A DNA stretch of 64,000 nucleotides, taken from positions 24,708 through 88,707 of the forward strand of contig JBGSPL010000003.1 of NCBI GenBank assembly GCA_041738615.1. Reading direction: 5' to 3'. The notes beneath the pieces were generated by a model that saw only the letters and a program-made list of their open reading frames with translations, was not told where the DNA came from and made no database searches. Position numbers and translations under genes: made by a program. The DNA comes from Patescibacteria group bacterium (lineage in GTDB: Bacteria > Patescibacteriota > CPR2 > UBA1875 > CAIMLA01). Numbering within the stretch: the first letter of the stretch is position 1; the number at the start of each line of letters is the position of its first letter. Shown here one piece after another: positions 58,160 to 64,000 of the stretch.

Positions 58160-59656
58160 CTAATTCCGTCTCAAGACTGCAAAGGTCTCAAAGCTTTTTT
58201 CATCGTGATAGTGTGTATCAAAATACTCCACCATTGGCTTGTTCTTGTAGTAGAGCGACTCCCTATCTTTGTAGACTACTACATATTTCGCCCTCGACTG
58301 CTCCATATCGGCAATAAACTTACCATCTAGGTTAAAGCCATAACCGTCACGATAGTCGAGAAGCAGAACACTCGCTGAGATAAAGCGTGAACCACTGTCT
58401 CTGTGTGACAGCTGATAGAACGTAGCACCATAGTCTGCTGCAAATACTTTGTCTGTCGACGCTGAATGGTCATCTACATATTTGGCGATTTGCAGATATT
58501 CCCTTGCCTCCGCATTGGTTCTGCCTACGAAACCTCTGTAAGTCTCGAGGGTCGAATAACTCAGGTTCACCGCAGCCCCAAAAACAAAGAGCAAGATAAA
58601 GAGTAGACCATAGGGTTTCAGCCAACGAGTTGCGCTGATCAGCAAGTATGCGGCCGCGATAACATAGGCCGGCATTAGAATCTGGAAGTAGTAGAGATAT
58701 GGAACTCCTACAGCAAAGAAAGCGACTGACCCAAATACGAAAGTTAGAGCAAGGTAAATGTAATCATGATTTCCCCGTTTTTTCCATGCCTTTGAGATGA
58801 AGAGCAGTGGTACAACTATGATTAGCGGCGCCGCAAAAGCCACTAGGATGTAGAAAATACTCAGGTTGCTCAGGTCTCCCTTCCAGGCGCTTGTCGAATA
58901 CTTCGCACTGAAGGTAAATGAGGCAAAAATAAACTCATTCAAAGTTCCCTTGGCAGTGAAATATGCAACCCAGGCACCAGCTGCGACGATGAGCGGTAGT
59001 CCAAAGACAAGCGCGTAACCAACAAACTTTTGAAGTTCACGCAAATAATCGACGAGCAACATGATTCCAACAGGGGTGGCAAGGAGCAAGAAATTGCCCT
59101 TCATGAAGAAGAGAACCGCAAAACAACACCCTGAGAGAGCCAGCTTCCACCACTTACGGTCCTCGCGAAAAGAAAAATAGCTGAGTAACATACCCAGATA
59201 AAACACGAGCCCAAAGTTCTCGTTGTTATTTCCACTACTCGTGAACTGAGACAGGTTTCGCCAGAACACGTATATCAGAAGTGAAAGCTTAGCAAATATC
59301 TCGGATTTTTGCGGCATCAGCTTTGGTGCTAATTTCCTTGCCAACAACCAAAAGAGATAGATATCGAAAAGCGCAAAAGCTGTGAGTAGCACTCGATGGA
59401 CTGCAATGTTACCGCCCAGAAATGACATTAGCCCGTTCAGAAGGAAAATCACCGGTGGTTTATGATCCCATGCCGTTACATAGAGAGACCCGCCATGGAG
59501 CCAGTTCTTGCCGACGTAAAAGAAGATCCAGTGGTCACTATCGAAAGGATAGAGCCAGGTTCCCATGCGACAAACTACAAAAGTAAAGACGATTAGCGAC
59601 CAGTAAGAGACCGGCTTCCGCCATTGCTTCATTGTGAATTGCTTGATGCCTTCCAT
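58160..59656 (-). CDS. GT-C fold glycosyltransferase (ArnT/PMT family)
   Basis: About 11 TM helices; 'DSD...F.YVG..WL.G..LY..AWDHKPP' loop motif. Confidence 0.85.
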   Translation of the reverse strand: MEGIKQFTMKQWRKPVSYWSLIVFTFVVCRMGTWLYPFDSDHWIFFYVGKNWLHGGSLYVTAWDHKPPVIFLLNGLMSFLGGNIAVHRVLLTAFALFDIYLFWLLARKLAPKLMPQKSEIFAKLSLLIYVFWRNLSQFTSSGNNNENFGLVFYLGMLLSYFSFREDRKWWKLALSGCCFAVLFFMKGNFLLLATPVGIMLLVDYLRELQKFVGYALVFGLPLIVAAGAWVAYFTAKGTLNEFIFASFTFSAKYSTSAWKGDLSNLSIFYILVAFAAPLIIVVPLLFISKAWKKRGNHDYIYLALTFVFGSVAFFAVGVPYLYYFQILMPAYVIAAAYLLISATRWLKPYGLLFILLFVFGAAVNLSYSTLETYRGFVGRTNAEAREYLQIAKYVDDHSASTDKVFAADYGATFYQLSHRDSGSRFISASVLLLDYRDGYGFNLDGKFIADMEQSRAKYVVVYKDRESLYYKNKPMVEYFDTHYHDEKSFETFAVLRRN

Positions 59657-59761
59657 TACCCTGCCTTCCGTCTCATCTATGCTAGCTGGGCCAAAAATAT
59701 AATCTGCTCTGTGCCCGTCAATATTATTATAACAAAAAGAATGACTGCAAGCTGGTTTATA

Positions 59762-59790
59762 TTGAAAGAAAGGTCATTTTCTGCTAGAAT
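59762..59790 (+). promoter_or_regulatory. Sigma70 promoter for Arg-Gly-His tRNA operon
   Basis: TTGAAA-N17-TAGAAT with extended TG. Confidence 0.65.
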
Positions 59791-59809
59791 AACTAGGCAT
59801 TTTGGTCGC

Positions 59810-59887
59810 GCGCCCGTAGCTCAGTTGGATTAGAGCGTGTGGTTTCGGCCCACAAGGCCGGGGGTTCGAGCCCCTCCGGGCGCACCA
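59810..59887 (+). tRNA. tRNA-Arg(TCG)
   Basis: TGTGG-TT-TCG-GC-CCACA anticodon arm; GGTTCGAG; CCA. Confidence 0.92.
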
Positions 59888-59900
59888 ATTAGCATAATGA

Positions 59901-59976
59901 GCGGGTATCGTATAATGGTTTATTATGCGACCCTTCCAAGGTCGAGATAAGGGTTCGATTCCCTTTACCCGCTCCA
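59901..59976 (+). tRNA. tRNA-Gly(TCC)
   Basis: CGACC-CT-TCC-AA-GGTCG; GGTTCGATTCC; CCA. Confidence 0.95.
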
Positions 59977-60180
59977 CGTCAGAATAAACTGACAGCATTC
60001 GTAAATTAGTAAGTCTAACTTACTTCTGCTTCTCGTTATTCTTCCTTTCCGAACAAAATCACAATTTTGTTCGGTGGCTCGACAAAAACCGTAGGATTTT
60101 GTCGAAAGAGGAGGAATCGCGAAAGGACGAAGACGTTGCCTCTACGTAACGTCATAATCCGCTAGCGTTTTCCGACGTGG
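59974..60180 (+). ncRNA. Putative branched structured RNA or MITE-like element in tRNA spacer, copy 2
   Basis: Terminal inverted repeat CCACGTC/GACGTGG, four internal hairpins and a connecting stem with G-U pairs on the + strand. Confidence 0.5.
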
Positions 60181-60255
60181 TGACTGTAGCTCAGCTGGTA
60201 GAGCTCCGGTTTGTGGTACCGGCGGTCGCGGGTTCGAGCCCCGTCAGTCACCCCA
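60179..60255 (+). tRNA. tRNA-His(GTG)
   Basis: G-1; CCGGT-TT-GTG-GT-ACCGG; GGTTCGAG; C discriminator + CCA. Confidence 0.95.
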
Positions 60256-60411
60256 TATAAAAATATCTCACCCCTGGGGTGAGTTGTTTTTATATTAGCG
60301 ACCGATGTGTTAAGAATCCAAAGAAGCCATGAAGTTAAGGCCTCGATTACGTTAAATACTCCAACCCGACTTGTATGTCCTAACGCGAACTAATTAGATG
60401 GCTGTAACAGC

Positions 60412-60435
60412 TTCGAGCCCCGTCAGTCACCCCAT
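60412..60435 (+). repeat. 24-bp direct repeat of tRNA-His 3' end (att-like)
   Basis: TTCGAGCCCCGTCAGTCACCCCAT is identical to 60233-60256. Confidence 0.9.
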
Positions 60436-60443
60436 TAATTATT

Positions 60444-60470
60444 AAAAAAAGAGGCCCCGGAGGCCTCTTT
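60444..60470. terminator. Intrinsic terminator
   Basis: AAAAAAAGAGGCC-CCGGA-GGCCTCTTT. Confidence 0.7.
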
Positions 60471-61042
60471 CAGTTCTTTGTGGCAACAAAGTCATTTATA
60501 CTTTTAAGAGTATTTATTGCCCTCTGAATTCCCTTTGGATCAATTGTTTTAATCAGCTCGTAAACGTCATCAGACAAAAAGAACTTAATACGCTTCTTTT
60601 GAAGTTCTGGGGAATCATTCTCATTGTAGAGATCTATTTGCCCTGCTGATTGATCAAGCTCATAAACATATTTGAGCATTTCGTCAATTGCTACCGAGTT
60701 CGCTGAAATGACTCGAAGCAGTTCTATGCTTGATGAATCCATATTGCCAGCTATTTGATTCAGGGTCACTACTATCAGATTCAACCACTCAAAAGCGAGT
60801 TTGCGTTTACTATCATCTCGCAGATACTCTAGTAACCCCTCTTTAGTAAACAATTCTTTTGCCGCTTGGAGCTTCTCTATAAGAATTGCTTCGTCACTAG
60901 CAGATGCCTCAACAGAAGCCTGCAGCTCTATCTTCTCGGCTTCAGTAAACTTCGGCTCCATAGAGTTTGTTTCTGATTGGCCTAGTCGGTGACTGTACGA
61001 ATAATCTATATTGAAAGGAGAAAATTCATCGTTTTCTTTCAT
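60470..61042 (-). CDS. Hypothetical helical protein
   Basis: AT-rich ORF; likely start ATG 61042, 6 nt after TATACT. Confidence 0.6.
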   Translation of the reverse strand: MKENDEFSPFNIDYSYSHRLGQSETNSMEPKFTEAEKIELQASVEASASDEAILIEKLQAAKELFTKEGLLEYLRDDSKRKLAFEWLNLIVVTLNQIAGNMDSSSIELLRVISANSVAIDEMLKYVYELDQSAGQIDLYNENDSPELQKKRIKFFLSDDVYELIKTIDPKGIQRAINTLKSINDFVATKN

Positions 61043-61102
61043 AACACGAGTATACATAACTTTGTAATTAAAAAGAACCCCGGAAGGGGTTCTTTAAAGC
61101 TT

Positions 61103-61375
61103 TTATCGTACTGTCTCTTTGAGGTTCTTACCTGCTCGGAAGCGAGGCATCTTCATCTCAGGGATGCGGATAATCTCTCCGCTCTGAGGATCTCTACCAC
61201 GACGCGCTGCGCGCTTACCAAGGTCAAAGGTGCCGAAACCAGTAATGGCTACCTTCTCGCCCTTTTTCACGGTACGGGTGACCACCTCCGTCAGCTTATC
61301 GAGGAAGGCGTCTACCTCCTTCTTTGTATATGAAGACTCCTTTGAAAGTACATCGATTAGTTCCCTTTTAGTCAT
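61103..61375 (-). CDS. hup: HU family DNA-binding protein
   Basis: MTKRELI...GFGTF...RRGRDPQSGE..IP...P.FRAGK.L; downstream GAACCCC/GGGGTTC terminator. Confidence 0.95.
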   Translation of the reverse strand: MTKRELIDVLSKESSYTKKEVDAFLDKLTEVVTRTVKKGEKVAITGFGTFDLGKRAARRGRDPQSGEIIRIPEMKMPRFRAGKNLKETVR

Positions 61376-61490
61376 TTCTCTCCTTCCAGTCCGATTGGAC
61401 TTGTTAATAACCTTACCTATATATTATACATCAGATGTAAAGTTTTCTCGAATACAAAGGTAATATCGGAATCTGAGAAATGAATGAGAA

Positions 61491-62273
61491 CTAGAGTTCT
61501 ACGACCCTATCGACTCTGACAATAGACTTCGCTTTGCCGTCATGCCCAAGATCGATAAGAACTGCATTAATCTGTATCGGACCATCTGCAAGCTCAAACT
61601 TCTGCGGCATGCTAGTGATAAAGGTGTTAAATATGATGTCATCGCGTACTCCAAGTACAGATTCTCGGGGACCAGTAAAGCCAACGTCAGAGACTACAGC
61701 GGTACCTCCTGCCAAAACTCGTTGGTCAGCGGTTGGTACGTGAGTATGAGTGCCGACAACCACAGATGCCTTGCCGTCTAAGTAGCGTCCGAGGGCAACC
61801 TTTTCGCTGCTCATCTCGGCGTGAAAATCGACAAATACGTACTTGCACTCGGGGTGTGCGGCGATAATTTCATCCGCCGTTGTAAACGGCGACTTCACTA
61901 CTGCCTTGATTTCGTGCTGACCAAGAAGATTGACGATGAGTAGTTTGCCATAGCTGGTCTCTACGACCTTGAATCCTTCACCGGGTGTACCCTCGAGGTA
62001 ATTTGCAGGACGGATTAGCGGCAAGCCCAAAGAGTCTATCTTACTAGCGAAATCCTTCTGCCTCCAAATGTGGTTACCAGTGGTAAAAAAGTCGATACCA
62101 GCGGACATCATCTCACGAACTACCTTTTCATCCACTCCAACGCGATCAGAGAGATGCTCTCCATTCGCGATAGTGAAGTCGATGCCAAACTCTTGGCGCA
62201 GGCTAGGTAGCATCTGTTTTACGGCCTCACGGCCATTCTTACTGACGATGTCAGATATAAATAGAATTTTCAT
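61491..62273 (-). CDS. ymdB: YmdB-family metallophosphoesterase
   Basis: TTGNH, RPANY, VDFHAE.SSEK, GTHTH; follows rny. Confidence 0.92.
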   Translation of the reverse strand: MKILFISDIVSKNGREAVKQMLPSLRQEFGIDFTIANGEHLSDRVGVDEKVVREMMSAGIDFFTTGNHIWRQKDFASKIDSLGLPLIRPANYLEGTPGEGFKVVETSYGKLLIVNLLGQHEIKAVVKSPFTTADEIIAAHPECKYVFVDFHAEMSSEKVALGRYLDGKASVVVGTHTHVPTADQRVLAGGTAVVSDVGFTGPRESVLGVRDDIIFNTFITSMPQKFELADGPIQINAVLIDLGHDGKAKSIVRVDRVVEL

Positions 62274-62274
62274 G

Positions 62275-63801
62275 TTACTTTGCGTACTCTATTGCTCGGG
62301 TTTCACGAATTACGTTTACCTTTATCTGTCCTGGATACTTAAGATCCGCCTCGATCTTGGTGGCAACATCCTTTGCAAGCTTGAGGGCCGTGAGGTCGTC
62401 AATCTTCTCAGGTGTCACAAAGACTCGAACTTCACGCCCAGCCTGGATAGCGTATACCTTCTCGACACCTTCGAAGCCCTTGGCAATGTTCTCGAGCTCT
62501 GTAAGACGCTTGATGTAGTTGTCGAGAGAGTCACGACGAACGCCAGGGCGGCCTGCTGATATCGCATCCGAAACTTGGATGATGACAGCCTCGACTGTAT
62601 GGAAAGGTACTTCCTCGTGATGAGCTTCTACGGCGTGTATAATCTCGTCACTCATGCCGAATTTCTTACAAATATCGCGCGAGATGCTAGCATGAGAACC
62701 CTCGATATCCTGGTCCACTGCCTTACCAATGTCGTGCAAAAGCCCGGCTTTCTTGGCGATGGCAACGTCAGCGCCCAGCTCGGAAGCGAGAGCACTAGCA
62801 AGTAGCGCTGTCTCGATAGAGTGTTGTAATACATTCTGGGAAAACGAAGTTCGGAACTTTAGGCGACCAAGTAGCTTGATCATCTCAGCAGGAAGCCCAG
62901 CGACGCCAGCCTCATAAACGGCTTTCTCTCCGGCCTCCTTGATTTGCTTGTCAATCTCTTCCTGCGCCTTCAGTACTGCTTCCTCAATCTTGGTAGGATG
63001 AATGCGTCCGTCCTTGATCAGTTTCTCAAGTGCCACCTTGGCAACGTTACGGCGTACTGGGTCGAAACCAGATATTACGATCATACCTGGTGTGTCGTCG
63101 ACAATGATGTCACAGCCTGTAGCACGTTCGATAGCCTGAATGTTGCGACCTTCACGACCAATGATACGACCCTTGATTTCGTCGTTTGGAAGAGCAACGG
63201 CTGTCACTGTGCTCTCTGCAGTTTGCTCACCAGCGACACGCTGAATAGCTGTCACTAGAATCTCACGTGCCTTTGTATCGGCTTCTTCCTTGGTCTCACG
63301 CTCAATCTTACTGATAAAGCTGACGATATCCTTGCGGTACTCTTTCTCGACCATCTGCATCAGTTTCTCTTTGGCGTCCTCTTTGTTTAGCTTGGCGATC
63401 TTCTCAAGTGCCTCTTGCTGGCGAACCCGAAGATCACGCAGGTCGGTCTTCACTGACTCGATGTCTGCCTTTGCTTTATCGATATCGTCGCGTTTTTTGT
63501 CGATCTCATCACTCTTTTTGTCGAGTGTTTCCTCACGCTGCACTACACGCCGTTCCTGGGCGGTGAGCTGATCTCGGCGCTCGCGCTCCTCTTTCTTGGC
63601 GGTATCGGCAATCTTTAGTGCCTCATCCTTGGCATCGAGGATGATCTCCTTGGCTTTAGTTTCTGCCTCTGCAATCTTTTTCTCTGCCTTACCTTCTGCG
63701 TTTTGGACCCCCTTGGCCATCTGAGTCTTGCGATATGTATAACCGCCGAAACCACCAACGCCAAGAGCTACTACAGCAAATACGATGCTTAGTAATTCCA
63801 T
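62275..63801 (-). CDS. rny: Ribonuclease Y
   Basis: TM helix, coiled coil, KH 'KGRIIGREGRNI', HD 'LLHDIGK', YAIQAGRE. Confidence 0.97.
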   Translation of the reverse strand: MELLSIVFAVVALGVGGFGGYTYRKTQMAKGVQNAEGKAEKKIAEAETKAKEIILDAKDEALKIADTAKKEERERRDQLTAQERRVVQREETLDKKSDEIDKKRDDIDKAKADIESVKTDLRDLRVRQQEALEKIAKLNKEDAKEKLMQMVEKEYRKDIVSFISKIERETKEEADTKAREILVTAIQRVAGEQTAESTVTAVALPNDEIKGRIIGREGRNIQAIERATGCDIIVDDTPGMIVISGFDPVRRNVAKVALEKLIKDGRIHPTKIEEAVLKAQEEIDKQIKEAGEKAVYEAGVAGLPAEMIKLLGRLKFRTSFSQNVLQHSIETALLASALASELGADVAIAKKAGLLHDIGKAVDQDIEGSHASISRDICKKFGMSDEIIHAVEAHHEEVPFHTVEAVIIQVSDAISAGRPGVRRDSLDNYIKRLTELENIAKGFEGVEKVYAIQAGREVRVFVTPEKIDDLTALKLAKDVATKIEADLKYPGQIKVNVIRETRAIEYAK

Positions 63802-64000
63802 ACTTTCTCCTTCCTTCCCTGAATATCAGGTGCTTTTCATAAAAGCTGACATGCTAGCCGTCTTCTAGAAGATTCCGCAAACTATGCGGGTTCTCTATTT
63901 GATTGAGTACATCTTTTCTAAGATATTTTATGTGTAAAGTGAAAATTTGTAATTTAAGGCCAGGAATGTCAACTAGTTTGTTTACTAATTTACTTCGCAA

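Noticed and set aside
51277-59998. Small ORFs at 51277-51474, 57840-58079, 58024-58317 and 59774-59998
   Set aside because: They overlap tRNA genes and are translation artefacts.
39370-60435. A large prophage or island bounded by the tRNA repeats
   Set aside because: Each repeat lies only about 180 bp from its own tRNA, and the intervening DNA carries housekeeping genes with no phage genes.
376-63571. Many short ORFs in the track, mostly on the plus strand, overlapping long genes
   Set aside because: They are antisense or alternate-frame shadows of genes with clear family motifs, and have no SD, promoter or recognisable domains.
1-64000. CRISPR array, DGR, retron, transposase or integrase
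   Set aside because: No regularly spaced repeats, reverse transcriptase motifs or recombinase/transposase ORFs were seen.
63802-64000. 6S RNA upstream of rny (a known synteny in some bacteria)
   Set aside because: Only short hairpins in an AT-rich leader; no long 6S-like stem visible and the region is cut by the window edge.

Overview
64 kb of a compact bacterial chromosome, mostly coded on the minus strand and using genetic code 11 (TGA is a stop). Gene content points to a Patescibacteria/CPR organism (inference): fermentative core, many single-pass membrane ORFans, a SemiSWEET and a stand-alone receiver protein. In order, it holds (i) a Phd-like gene - iscS - FMN-binding protein - iscU - HMA/DsbD/cupredoxin - copA - cvpA/CAP operon; (ii) rpfB-like - rsmA - acyP - rsmI - two HADs - metG - tatD; (iii) uvrD/pcrA; (iv) a ~19 kb glycolysis/fermentation supercluster (gap, pgk, tpiA, fba, ppsA, eno, gpmI, PfkB kinase, ADP-forming acyl-CoA ligase, 4-subunit 2-oxoacid:ferredoxin oxidoreductase, SemiSWEET); (v) an acyl-CoA ligase - alpha-oxoamine synthase - 7TM/GAF histidine kinase cassette; (vi) three ABC systems, seven tRNAs, HU, ymdB and rny. 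No CRISPR array, integrase, transposase or rRNA was seen. The best leads are a candidate lipid-signal (quorum-sensing-like) cassette with a low-GC synthase + sensor block, a toxin-less Phd/CxxC regulator with a palindromic operator over an Fe-S/copper operon, a branched structured element repeated in two tRNA spacers, and two ~180-bp units ending in tRNA 3'-end duplications. All calls come from motif recognition by eye; no database searches were run.
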